Counted from the first letter of the stretch, positions 45,670-61,419 are shown. The stretch: DNA of 64,000 bases from the human T2T-CHM13v2.0 reference genome, Homo sapiens (GCF_009914755.1 NC_060941.1); one strand, 5' to 3'. Numbers and translations are program-made. Notes: generated from the sequence alone by a model not told the origin.

Positions 45670-46000
45670 ACTGGGTTGGTCATGGAAGACTTCCTGGAGG
45701 AAGTGACATCTAAACAAAATTTGAAAAACTCATTGAAATTAACCAGGCAAAGAGTGTGAGATAGTAAGCCAGGCATAGGGAATAAATAGCAAGTACAAAG
45801 GGAAGGAGGTAATAAGGCCTCATTAAGTTCAAGGAAGAGTCCGGCTGGAGCATTGCCAGTGTCAAGACGGGAGGCTGGGGAGGAGAGAGGTGATTGGATC
45901 AGAAAGGACCTCTGCAACCTTAGAGAGGAGTTGGGACATTTTCCCAGGGACTGTGAAGATCTTAGAGAGTTTCAACAGGGAAGAGGCATGACTGTATGGC
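45670..46000 (-). mobile_element. L2 fragment
   Basis: 'ggaagacttcctggaggaagtgacatctaa'. Confidence 0.65.
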
Positions 46001-46815
46001 CGGCAGCAGACACCCAACATCCTTGTGCCCACCTTGAGCACGCTGGCCCTTGCTCTCGGCCAAGTCACATCATCTCCAGCACTTGCCCAAACTCCACATC
46101 TCCCCCGTCTTCCCAGGCAGGCGCCTCCTCAGAACACATCTGTACTGAGTTTCCCCCTCAGAAACCTTGTTAGGACACTAGTTAGTGTGATAAACTAATT
46201 CACGGTGAAGTGTTAGCAAATGAAAATGGTTTATCGCTCCTCGGGGTATTTTCATTTTAAGGAGACTCCGTTGACAAATATTTACTGAATGGTCTATTAC
46301 ATGCAAGAAACTATGTAAAACTCCTAGGGGGAGTCACGGCTTGACCTAAATAAATCAGTCTCTAATGATAGAATCCTAGGCTCACCGGGAAGCATTGCAG
46401 GCAGCACACAGCCTTTCTTATCTCTGCTTAAACCACATTAGCCTCTCTCTTGATCTGCCCTCCATCCCGACCCCCACTCCTCCCCTCCAATGGGGCTGAG
46501 CAGAGGCCGTGGCCCCCGATGTTTAACTGTGACTTCCCTGAGTGGTGTTGACATTGCTGGGACTGTACTGGGGGCTCAACAGTCAATCTTCGCCCCATGT
46601 TTTGGAATCCCCAGGTCTGCCCCATGGGAAGCCAGAAGGAACTGTACTGAGGGAGCTCCATCTCCCGTCCTTGGCCACGCTCTGCCCCCACCTCCACCCA
46701 GACACACTTACGGAGGGCCTCCTGCACACCTGGCCCTGTGCCAGGAATAAGGGCCAGGGAGCAGGGGGCAAGGATGGGGAACAGCACAGAAGTCCCACAC
46801 CTGCACTTCATTTCA

Positions 46816-47157
<342 letters not shown>

Positions 47158-48392
47158 GTGGAGCCTCCTCACCTGGTTGATTCTCCTCCTCTCTTTCTGT
47201 GTGTGTGTCTCTCTCTCTGCCTTCTGAGATACCAAACTAAAACAGAAAGGAGGATGAGAGGCAGGAAGGAAGGATGAATGCCGGAATGGGATGAACAGTG
47301 CTTTTCCAGCTGCTGGTCCCCCAAGTCCTCTCTCTCACCCCCTCTCTCATTGTCAGGCTCCACTCCTCCCAAGCTGGATTCCCCAGAACCACCCTCATCC
47401 CCTCCGGCCCCTCCCCACTTACCTGTTTGCAACGCCCTTCTTGGACAGCACAGGTGAGACATCCCGAATAAAGACACTGAACAAGGAAGTGGAAGCCGGA
47501 ACCCTGGCGCTTTCGTCAGATTCACTGCATAGTGTCTAGAGAAGCTTACCTGTGCCTTAGCTAAGTTCCCAGGACTCACTATTCCCATCTATAAGATGGG
47601 CACAGCCCAGGCCCTGTTATCCCCCTAGGACCATCTAGACCTTCCCTCTCCGCCAGCCCTTCCCAGGCTCCCCCTTCCATCCATTAAGAAACACTGGCAT
47701 CTAGTGGTTGTGTGAGGGACCTGCAGCGCAGACCCGGCTTCCAAGAACAGGGCCCATAGATGGAGAAGCCTCTGACAGCCCTATCTAGAAACAAGGAGCC
47801 CCGTATTCCATACTGCCCTCTGCAGCATCCCTCCCTCTCCCTCTGAAGAACCCCCAAGACCCCCAAACAACATGGGAGTCAAGAACCAGTGTTGAAATGG
47901 CCATGTTGCCCATCCTTGCTGAAGACCACCCAGACACCTCCCTGGTGATGAGGAGGGGAGAGAACCTGTGGATGAAACACCCCATGGCCAATCCACAAAG
48001 TGAGTCATTAGGAGCTGAGCACAAGCCCAAATTCCAGACAAATAGGACAGCTTCCTACCACGGTGGCTGCCAATCTGCCAGCCACTCCATCATGTGACCC
48101 CCCCCCCCAGACACTTAGTCAGCACTCCCAGGTGCCCAGCATCATACCAGGCTGTTGACAGTGTGTGCCTGCATGTGTGTGTGCATGGATGAGCACAGGG
48201 AGAGATGTGTGCAGAGGAAAGAAGAGGCACACAGCATGAGTCACTGGCAGACATAAGCAAGTGAACCATAAAATAATCTAAATTCATTTATTCAACACAT
48301 ACTTCCCAACACCTGCTGTGCACCAGAGAGAGCTGCTCCCAAGCCACCAAGGGCTCACCCCAACCCTACCACCTGACAGCTACCTGAAAATA

Positions 48393-48582
48393 GTCTACCC
48401 CGCACTCCTACCCTCCAGTTAACCTACTTTGCATACGTTAAAGACTGTTTTACCATTGGCTTGCATCTCTGCATCCCCTGTAGCTAGGTCTACCCCGCAC
48501 TCCTACCCTCCAGTTAACCTACTTTGCATACGTTAAAGACTGTTTTACCATTGGCTTGCATCTCTGCATCCCCTGTAGCTAG
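48393..48582 (+). repeat. Perfect 2 x 95-bp tandem duplication
   Basis: 48393-48487 identical to 48488-48582. Confidence 0.97.
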
Positions 48583-49113
48583 CACACAGAAGGGGCCTAA
48601 TATGTGCTTATTGAAGTCATTAATCCAGTCCAGCGCCTGCCAAAGCGGGAATCCCTTCTGATAACGTCACCGATGGCTGCTCTCCCAGCCCCCTCAAGGG
48701 CCACCGGTTATTCCGTATGCTGTTGTGTCCGTCAGGTTTCTGTGGCAAGGGACAGAACAGCAACTCGGATTCACTGGAGTAGAGAAGGGAGCTGCACAGG
48801 CAGAGAGAGCAGAGTTGGGTGCTGGCAGGTGCGGATTGAGGGTAAGAAAGAGAACGGAGTCAGGTGCTGGCAGGCCTGGATGACCACATCTGGTTTTCCC
48901 ATCCTTTTATTCTGTTTTCCTTAGCCCCCTGCCATGCCCATATCCCCATCTCCAGACTCTGCTTCTGTTTGTTGCTGGTCCTAGCCTGCCCTTCTGCATA
49001 CCAGCTGCCTTCATGCAGCAGGAGGAAGGGAGATGGCCACAGGCTCTTCCAGGCTTGCACGATCCTAGCACAGGATCCCAGAGGCTCCCTCTCCCTCTCC
49101 TGTTGAACATATC

Positions 49114-49479
<366 letters not shown>

Positions 49480-49698
49480 TGAGTCCCCACTGCCCAACCT
49501 CCTGTCCATTCTTAAGGCCTGAGAGACAGGTACAATGTCCCAGGGCACACATGTCTGCCCCTGTGGTCAAGGGGAGGGGAAAGGACACTGTTACTACCTG
49601 CCCATCAGAATTGTGTGCAATGGGAAGTAGGACAGAAGAATCTTCCAAATGAGGGAGGGTATCTTACCAGGAAGAGGGAAGGAGACATGCCGAGAAAG

Positions 49699-50485
<787 letters not shown>

Positions 50486-50859
50486 GGAGGCCAAGACCAA
50501 AAGTCGTCCACTGTGCCATTTTCTGGGGTGGCAGATGTTTTAGGGGGCTGGAAAGCACCTGGTGGAGGTGTCAGCTCACTTCCCAGAGCCACGCCCACCA
50601 GCCGCCACTCTGCTGCAGAGACTCGGCTGAGGACCACTCCTCCCTGAACTGTCTGTCTAGAGCCTGCACACATGTGTGACATGGCAGACCCTAAAGTGTC
50701 CAGAGATTTTAGGACCTCCCCACCACCACCACCATCAACCACTTATGAGTAAACTGAGGCCCAGAGAAGCTAAACAGCCTGTCCCCTTCAGATAGTTAGA
50801 AGAATTTCTGAATACAAGGAAGAATTCTTCAGTAAAATTGATACATGACCTCTTTCTTT

Positions 50860-51110
50860 CTTCTTTGTTAAAAAATCTGATTAATTAGTAAAAGCTGGAG
50901 TGTTTGATAGTCACTGCTGAGAACACTGGAATCGTCAGGAAGCTAAATGCTTCTGAGCAACGGGCAAAGCGCTGGAGATCAAGCGGGCATTTTTTTGGCC
51001 TAAGATTTTGACAGGGTCAAGAGGACGTTCAACCCCTCACTGAGCCTTCGCACTCCTTGTCTAATTTAATTGTTTGGAAGTCAGAAAGTGCAGTAGCTTT
51101 CTAGTTTCTT
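50860..51110. promoter_or_regulatory. Candidate enhancer
   Basis: TGATTAATTAG at 50878-50888; TAATTTAATTG at 51062-51072; repeat-free. Confidence 0.35.
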
Positions 51111-52479
51111 CTTTTCCAGGCTGAGATTTCATTCCTTGAAACATTCTTCTTTCCTTGATACAGTTTGCAAGGCCTCCACCTTGCTGGCAAGCAATCTGTG
51201 CACACACTCACCGCTCCTCACTGCAGCCTCACTGCTGGGCTGCCTGCTCTGGCCCTGCCGGGAGACCTGGGCTGGGGCAGGATGGTGGCCGCTGCCCGGA
51301 GGCACGGGGCGGGGAGAGACGTGTTGAGATCAGGCCTCTCCCATCAGCCCCCAGGCCCAGGAGTGGACACAAAACATGGAGAGCCCAGCTCCTGACTCCT
51401 CCCATTCCAGCCCTCCCAGCCCCCTCCACAGAGAAATCCAGAGCCCATCCCAGGCAGCTTCTCCAGGCAGCAGGTGGTTCCACAGCCTAATTCAAGACCT
51501 CTAATCTCCCCCCAGGTCCCCAGCTTCTGAGACTTTGACGTACTGACTCCTGCCTCCCACCTGCGAAGCCCAGCAAAGCTCTCGCCTTTCTCCCACTCCC
51601 AAGAGTTGACAGACTCCAGGCTGCTTTTCAGATGATTTGGGGACCTTCCTGGGAGACACTTTGAAGCCTCTTCAAAGCCAACTGTGTTGTGAGCAGCTGC
51701 CAAGCTGCAGAAAGTCCCCGCAGCCCTGGGCCACCTCTAATTACCAAGCCCACCATCACCCTGTCAGTGCCTTTGGTGGGCCCTTCCTCTGCAGCCAGCA
51801 GCAAGTGCCCATCGTCACCCAAGAGCAGGAGGAGGGAGAGGAGTCTGCAAGGAACTTCTTCCAAAGAACACTGCACTTCCAAAGAACTGCACCTGAGGAG
51901 TTCCCGTGAACAAACGTGAACAACTGGTCTGATATTTACTAAGCGCCAGGGGTGCCCCTGTGCTGTCTCACACTGAGCTAGGCACACGAAGAAAATGGAA
52001 GTTGTGCAAAGGCTCAACTTCTGTTCTCCCCAGTTTCTCTCCTCTGCACTTTAGGCTCTGAGCTGCTGAGCTCCCAGCCCAGGCTGTCTCCAGCTCCTCC
52101 AGCCTGAGAAAGGAGCACAGATCATTGATTCTCTCCTGGGCTCCTCACCCACCCCTCCCCTTGTCTCCACCTCATTCCCCTGGATCCTTAGTTAAGAAGA
52201 GGCAAATGTTCCTTCTCCATTAGCAGCATCATTTAAACAGATGGCTGCAGGGCAGGGCCCGAAGCCTCCCCATCCCCAGGCCCTGCAGCTTTTCCTTCTA
52301 CCTGCTTCCCACTCCCCACCCCAGGCTGGGAAGACTGGTGAGAGGCTGCTGGGTTGGCTGGGGGAGACCGAGGCAGCAAGTGGCCCCAGAGCTCCGCAGG
52401 CCTACCTGCCCCCTTAAGAACCAAGCCCCCTCCCCACCCTGGGCCTGTAGCTTCAGAGCATGGGGCTGAATCTCATCAA

Positions 52480-52640
52480 CAAGAAATTTGAAGCCATTAA
52501 AATACAATGAAAGAGAAATTAAATGTAATCGCTCTGTAAATTATAACTAATTGAAACATCAATTGTAATTTTTATGATCTGCATTCAGAGTGAGTGATGG
52601 TGGAGTTGCAAAATGAAAGTTAAATAATGGTGGAGATGTC
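52480..52640. promoter_or_regulatory. Candidate enhancer (dense homeodomain/SOX motifs)
   Basis: Sharp AT-rich island in GC-rich flanks: ACAAT, CTAATTG, CAATTG, GTAATT, TTTATGA. Confidence 0.4.
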
Positions 52641-53938
52641 CCGAAATGCCCTCTGGCCCCCAGCCTCTGCCTCCCTCCTCCTGCAGGCTTCCCTCCCTTC
52701 TCTTCCAGACCCTGCCTGAAAGCTCTGCCTTCCGGAAGTTTCCTCCATGTAACTGCTTCTCATGGCCTCAGAGGCCTCAGTCTGCCCATTAGGGGGCCTC
52801 CTATATTGGAAGGCCTCTTGTATAGGGCCTCAGCAGGCCCTCCTGTTTCCCTGCAACCCCCAAAAAGGGCTGGAAGGCCTTCCCGGTTCCGCACATTTGG
52901 ATCACGACCCCCAGGTCCCACCCAACACGCTTGGCCAAACTCCAAGCTCGGAAATGGCAGACAGAGTGCCTGGAGCCTCCGATTCTCCCAGAACTTACCC
53001 TGTTGCAGCCACATGGCCATGGAGTCATGAGTCTGGAAGGACTACAGGTCACCTGATCCATTCCCCTGCCTCCCTCCCAGCTCCAGCAAGGAGCTCCAGG
53101 GCCTTGGGTCAGTTGCTCAGCACCAGCACCAGCTTCCCTCCCCTCGTCCCATGGCCGGCAGTGATAGGGAAAATTCGAGTGACCCTTCCCAGGGGTGGGG
53201 ACCCTGCCATGTTTGGGCCACCCTTCCTCCTCCCTGCTTGCCAGCTATCCGCTCTGTGTGCGGCACCCATGAGAGCGTGGCATCCACGAGAGTGTGGTGT
53301 GTGTGCTGCAGAGGCAAGCAGACCTGCATTACGTCTCCACCATGAGGGCGCTGCCGCTTGGCTCTTCTCAGACTCCGTTTCCTGAGCAGTAACTGAGAGA
53401 CAATAATGACATTCCTCTGAGAGGGCTGGGCTGTTTAGCAACAGCAGCATTTGTGAAGCTCTTAGCACAGAGCGGGCACCTATTAAACCTAGGGATGATT
53501 ATTGTCATCGTTTGTCATTATGTAGCCCAGCTCCAGGCTATTTTCATTTTGCTCCCAGCAGATCCCTGGGACCTGGTCCCTTCCCCCCGACCCCTGCCAA
53601 CTCCCTCTCCAGTACATTGGCTGCCCCTGTGCAGATCAGAGGCAGGCAGCTGGGTACAGGTGCTCCCCACACCTTCTCCTGGCTGAAGACTTCTTAGGAT
53701 TTTGGCAGGAAATTAATGAATCTTCCACAGGGTAAGAAAACAAACCCCTGGTCTCCGCTCCTCCTGGCAGAGACAGGGCAGCTCCTGGCACCCTGGATCC
53801 CAGCAAACTGGTCGCTGACTGACGGAGGAGGCCTGGTCTCTGCAGTGGCCAACTCCCAGCTGAAGTGGACGGGGAGACAAGGTCAGGAAGGCCAGTCCAC
53901 TCCCACCTCCTCCCAGAAAAAGTCTTGAACAAGCTTTA

Positions 53939-54388
<450 letters not shown>

Positions 54389-54940
54389 TCAGGACCTGAG
54401 CCCTGGGCCGCCTGACTTTCTCACCCAGGGAGCCTGGTCGCTCCTCCCCTTGGCTGGCACACAGCTTCTCACCGGACAGATGAGCTAATTCAGTGCATCT
54501 CCAGCTACCCGAGGTGCAGGACCTGTGGGTTTTTTTAATTACCAGTCTGTGACAGATCAACACCTTAAAATATTTTTATTAAGATATAATTCACGTACTG
54601 TAAAGTTCACTCTTTTAAGATGTGCAATCCCGTGGTTTTCAATGTATTTCAGAACGTTGCACAGCCATCACCACTACCTAATTCTGCAACATTTTCATCA
54701 GCCCAGAAAGAAATTCATACCCTTAGTACTTACTCCTCATTTCCTCCTTCACCCAGCCCCTGGCAATCACTAATCTACTTTCTGTTTCTGTGGATTTGCC
54801 TGTTCTGTACATTTCATATAAATGGAAGCATGCAATATGTGGCTTCTTTCACTTGGCACAATGTTTGCGAGGTTCATCCATGTCATTGCATGGATCAGAA
54901 CTTCATTCCTTTTTGTAGTTGAATAATATTCCATCCCATA

Positions 54941-55602
<662 letters not shown>

Positions 55603-55809
55603 TAGATATACCACATTTTGTTTATCCGCTCATCAGTTGATGTACATTTGGGCTGTTTCCACTTTTTGGCAATTGTTAGTGATGTTGTAACAAACATTTA
55701 CGTGCAAGTTTTGGTGTGATCATACGTTTTCAATTCTCTTGAGTATACACCTAGGAGTAGAATTCCAGGTTGAACTTTTTTAGGAACTGCCAAAGTGGTG
55801 TTACCATTA

Positions 55810-56041
55810 CTGTGTTTGCAAAAACAAGATAAATATTAATTATTAGAAAAAATAAATTTGAAATAACATACAAAACGCAAGGCTAATTTTTATTATTAAA
55901 TCAAAAGGCATAAAATTAGCTTGTCAAATTGCTACGACCGTTTCTAAATGCTTCCTCTCAGTTTCTAGACTTGCTTGGTCAATGATGGGTAACACACAGT
56001 TCTTAGACTGGCACTAGCCCTTGGACCACACTTTGAGTAGC
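55810..56041 (-). mobile_element. hAT-Charlie (MER5/MER119-like) fragment
   Basis: Terminus 'ggaccacactttgagtagc'. Confidence 0.55.
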
Positions 56042-56224
56042 CTGGACCGTCTGCATCCTCTCCACTGCCTCCAGCATAAAGGGCAGCCCCTTGGTGTGGG
56101 GTGCAAGCCCCATCCAACACTGGCCCCTCTGGCCTCATTTCACACCAGCCACACTGTGTGCCCGTTCTGTACCCAGGACTCCCTTCCTGGCCCCCTTGGA
56201 CTGATTGTTTTGAGATGGAGTTTC

Positions 56225-56466
56225 AGGCAGATCACAAGGTCAGGAGATCGAGACCATCCTGGCTAACATGGTGAAACCCTGTTTCTACTAAAAATACAAA
56301 AAAATTAGCCGGGCATGGTGGTGGGCGCCTGTAGTCCCAGCTGCTCAGGAGGCTGAGGCAGGAGAATGGCATGAACCCGGGAGGCGGAGCTTGCAGTGAG
56401 CCGAGATTACACTACTGCACTCCAGCCTGGGTGACAGAGGGAGACTCCATTTCAAACAAAATAAAA
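56225..56466 (+). mobile_element. 5'-truncated AluY preceded by inverted Alu 3' stub (56205-56224)
   Basis: 'ttgttttgagatggagtttc|aggcagatcacaaggtcaggagatcgagaccatcctggc'. Confidence 0.85.
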
Positions 56467-56939
56467 GTGATGAGAAGCAAAAGCTGTGTAAGGCTGGTGG
56501 CTCCCCTGGTTCTTGGGTTATGAAGTGGCAGGGTCTCTCTTGAGCTGAGATTTGTAGTTCCTGGTTAAATGCCAGGGTTTAATGGGCGTGCTAGGGAAAA
56601 TGTTTTTTAGTGAGTGGTAAATGTCTCCCTGGTGCCTGCGGTGGTAATTACTTCAATGGCACCATCTCTCTTTAACATGCTCCTGGCCAGGGGGAAGGGA
56701 GGGGCTCTGAACAGAGGGACCAACTCTGGAAGCTGTGGCCAAGGGCATCTCTTGGAGGAAGCCGAGGGAGGGAGGAGGAAGAGACAGAGGTGAGCCCACA
56801 CCTGGCCCAAGCCAGGATGACAGCGGCCCGGGGGGCCAGGGTTCAGGGCAGCCAAGGCAGGGATGTGTGTCATGTGTCCGCGCTTCAGGTCTGATTATTG
56901 GGTCATTATTGGGTCTCTACCTGGATGAGGTTACAAGGA

Positions 56940-57190
56940 AAAAATTTTTAAGTTTTTATTGAATTATAAAACACATACCTAAAATGCACGGGTGATAGTG
57001 TTTATTTAGCAAGGCAAATTTTCACAAGGTGAACCTTACAGCAAAGCAGCTCCCAGAGCAAGAAATAAAACAGAACAGAACAACCCCCGCAGAAGCCCAA
57101 AAGTCCTTCCCAGCCACTCCCCACCCCCAAGGTGACCATTGTCCTGACCTTTGTCATCATGTCCGTTTTGCATGAAAACTTTGTAATGTC
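56940..57190 (-). mobile_element. L1ME-like 3' end
   Basis: 'ttttattgaattataaaacacatac...aattttcacaaggtgaac...aaacagaac'. Confidence 0.55.
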
Positions 57191-57360
57191 ACTGGGGATG
57201 GTCAATGCTAAGGAAATCACATATATGGGGGACTCAGGGGGCACAGAGGAGGGACATGTCACACAACCCACAGCTTGGAGAAGACTCCAAGAGGAAGTGA
57301 TGTCTGAACCAAGTCCTGGAGGATGAAGAGACGTGAAGGCAGAGGTGGAGAAAGGGGGGG

Positions 57361-57557
57361 TGCGTGCGTGTGTGCATGTGCACGTGTGTGCGTGTGTGCG
57401 TGCGAGTGTGTGTGATGTGTGTGCATGTGTGTGCATGTGTGTGCGTGTGCGCGTGTGTGCATGTGTGTGCACGCACGTGTGTGCATGCATGTGTGTGCAT
57501 GTGTGTGCGTGTGTGTGCATGCGTGCGTGCGTGTGTGCATGTGTGTGCCGTGTGTGT
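57361..57557 (+). repeat. Compound (TG/CG/CA)n alternating purine-pyrimidine tract
   Basis: ~195 bp of nearly unbroken RY alternation. Confidence 0.95.
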
Positions 57558-57633
57558 CATCATCCTGGTTTGTTGGTTCCTTCCATCTCTGGCTATTAAT
57601 CTTCTTTCCATTCTGCAAAATTACATGAGTTCA

Positions 57634-57945
<312 letters not shown>

Positions 57946-57966
57946 AAGAAGAACTTAGGTTAGCTT

Positions 57967-58185
57967 GAGGTTTCTCAGTATCCACACTATTTATTGACAT
58001 TTCAGGCCAGATGGTTCTTTGTTATGGGGTCATCCTGTGCACTGTAGGATGTTTGGCAGCACCCCTGCCCTCTACCCACTAGATGCCAGTGGAAATTCTC
58101 CTCCCAAGTTGTCACAACTAAAAATGTGTCCCAATGTTCCCGGGGGAGGGGGACAAAATTGCCCTTCTCTGTCTGAGAACCCCAG
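57967..58185. mobile_element. MER20 DNA transposon
   Basis: 'ctgtgcactgtaggatgtttggcagcacccctgccctctacccactagatgccag...tgagaacc'. Confidence 0.85.
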
Positions 58186-58624
58186 ATTAGCTGAAGAGAA
58201 CTACCAGTGGCCAAAAACGTGGTGAATAAAGGACGTGGGTGAGCTGTCAGGAGGATCCGGGCAGAGACTGGCCTACCCTGTGCCTGGAGGCAGGGAGATG
58301 AAGAGGTTGTGCTTGGGAGGGCCTGCCTGACCCCCAGCTCCAACTCTGGTCAGCATCTCCCAGCAACCAGTGGGGACCTAGGAGGTTGCAGGTGGTCAGC
58401 CCTAGGACTGGGAGCAAAGAGGAGAGACAGGGAGGTGATGTCTGAACCAAGTCCTGGAGGATGAACAGATGCAAAGGCAGAGGTGGAGAAAGGTGTGTGC
58501 GTGTGTGTGTGTGTGTGTGTGTCTGTGTCCCTGAGTGGCCCAAGCCAGGAGCAGGACTTGCTCCCTGCTCTAGGGAGATAAAGGGGAGAATATCACAACG
58601 GAAGGGCCTTCCTGCTGCTGAGAT

Positions 58625-58895
58625 CGGATTTCAATTAAAATGATTAGCTCTGTTTATTTAGACTCCACAGCTGCATACAATCTATTGCGTGTTATTGCGA
58701 GTTTAAAGAAATAAAGGAGGGGCATGGGGGGAGGGGAAGCATTTCAGCCCAAATTGAAAAAGTCCTCCTGTAATTACGAGACTGGAGAATATCCGCGGAG
58801 GGGATCAATAATGGGAAATCTAAGTGCCACTGTTTGCCGAGATTACAGTTTTGAATCGCTCCATCTTGGATTTTAATTTTCTTTCTCATTGTCGC
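58625..58895. promoter_or_regulatory. Candidate enhancer
   Basis: CAATTA, TGATTAG, FOX-like TGTTTATTT (58651-58659), GTAATTAC (58770-58777); several retained CpGs. Confidence 0.4.
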
Positions 58896-59312
58896 ATCAC
58901 CCTGAGCTGTGATCCCAGCCCCACCTCCCAGCTTCAGAGACGCAGGCAGTAGGGCTGAACCAAAGCAGGGAAGTCAGGGCACATCTGACCTTCTTACAAA
59001 CCTTTTATTGCTGTGTAACAAATGACCACACACTTAGGAGCTTAAGACAATACACGTTTATTGTCTCACAGTTTCTGTGGGTCAGGAGCCTGTTGATGGT
59101 TCAACTGGCTCCTCTGTTCAGGGTCCTGAGAGGCAGCACTCAATCTGTCTCCTGGGACTGGGTCTCATCTGAGGTTCAGGGTCCTCTTTCAAGCACATGG
59201 GATCGTTGGCACAATTCATTTCCTTACAGCTGTAGACTCGTGGCAGCTTGCTTCTTCAAAACCAGCAGGAGAGAGGCTCTGATGTCCAGGTCTTCTTTTA
59301 AAGTGCTTACTG

Positions 59313-59739
<427 letters not shown>

Positions 59740-59803
59740 TTAAAGTTAACCATTTAGGGACCTTAATGACATCTGCAAAACCTCTTCAACTTTGCCATAT
59801 TCT

Positions 59804-60061
59804 TTTAAGAGATGAGATCTTATTCTGTCATGCAGCCTCCACCTCAACCTCCCAGGCTCAAGGAATCCTCCCACTTCAGCCTCCTGAATAGCTGGGACCA
59901 CAGGTGTGTGCCAGCATGCCTGGCCAATTTTCTTTTGTTTTTAGTAGAGACAGGGTCTCACTATGTTGCCCAGGCTTGTCTCAAACTCTTGAACTCAAGT
60001 GATCCTCCTGCCTCAGCCTCTCAAAGTGCTGGGATTACAGGCGTGAGCCACTGTGCCCAGT
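59804..60061 (-). mobile_element. AluJ (antisense, internal deletion)
   Basis: TSD ctttgccatattct. Confidence 0.9.
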
Positions 60062-60732
60062 CATCTTTGCCATATTCTATTAAATAGAAGCAAGTTTCAT
60101 GTCTCACCCACACACAAGGGGAGGGAATCATACAATGGGTGTGTAAGTCCTTGGGGTTCATCGTGCAATTCTGCCTAACTCACCTTCCATTGAGCTCTCT
60201 CTCTCCAGCCTCTCCTCCCCACATTCCCAAAGCCAGGCCTTGAAAAGACATCCCTTCCTGAGCCATCCTCACCACCACTTGCCTCCCTAGTCCCAGCTTG
60301 CTGAACTGACCCCAATAAACAATCCAGCAGCCAGCCTTGATTGAAAGTCTTCCCAAATAGGAGAAGAAATGAAGAAAACAACCAAGAATATGACATAATC
60401 CTCTGACTTTCTGTCCAGTGCTCTTCCCTGTAGACCAGGTTTGCTCCCACTGGTCTATGGTCTCCTCTATGTCCCAAACACCAGCCAGGATTCCTGGCTG
60501 CCCTGGCCCAGCAGCCTTGACCTGTTACCGTCCTTCTCAGGCTACTGAGCACAAGGTGAGATGCAACTGAGCTCTTCCATGGTGGATGAGGAGAGGAGCC
60601 CACTGTCATCAAAAGACCCACACTTCTATCATGTTGTTGCCTGGCTTCCAAGTCTAAGACGGCTGCTTCAGCTCCAGCCATCACTCCCACCATCCAGCCA
60701 ACAGGGAGGAGGAAGGGAAGGAAAAGGACATG

Positions 60733-61125
60733 TGCTATGCTTTGAGTGTTTGTCCCCTTTGAAACTCAAGCCGAAACTCATGTTAAAACTTAATCTCCGG
60801 TGGAACAGTATTAAGAGGTGGGCCTTTAAGAGGTGATTGAGTCACAAGGGATAAATTCACGGGTTAATGAGTTATCCTGGGAATGGGTTAGTTATCACCA
60901 GAGGGCTGTTACAAAAGTTAGTTTGGCTGTTTTTTCTTGTCCTCTCACCCTGTGATGCCCTGTGCTGCCTCGGGACTCCATATAGAGTCCAAATGAGCAA
61001 GAAGGCCCTCACCAGATGCAGTCCCTTGACCTTGAACCTTTCAGCCTCCAGAACTGTAAGAAATAAATGTGTTTTCTTTACAAATTACCCAGTTTCAGAT
61101 ATTCCATTACAGCAACAGAGAACAG
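60733..61125 (+). mobile_element. MSTB-like MaLR LTR
   Basis: 'tgctatgctttgagtgtttgtcccc...cagcctccagaactgtaagaaataaatg...aattacccagt'. Confidence 0.8.
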
Positions 61126-61419
61126 ATGCCAGCTCCCTTTACACATCTCCTTACACCCCATTGGTCATAAGTTAGTCACATGGTCACAAATGACTGCAAA
61201 GAGTGCTGGGATATGTAGTTTTATTATGAACAGCCCTGTACGATGGGAGGATGTAGGAGTGGATGTGGAGATTTCTGGAAATCTCTGTTCTAACTTCCCT
61301 CTGCCTGGCTTGTGTATGCAATCTAAGGGATGGGATGTTTCTTTTGAATCCAGATCCTTACCCTCCCTTTCAATAGCGTGGCCTATGGTTCCATTGCTAT
61401 TGATGGTTTCATCAAACCC

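Noticed and set aside
47405-47460. Strong splice-donor-like sequences (caggtaagt on minus, caggtgag on plus)
   Set aside because: Isolated matches are expected by chance; no coherent exon chain can be built without transcript data.
48393-48582. Repeat as a CRISPR-like or structured RNA array
   Set aside because: Only two abutting copies, no spacers; eukaryotic context.
52762-53385. 207-aa ORF
   Set aside because: No recognisable domain; overlapping ORFs in several frames indicate stop-poor GC-rich DNA.
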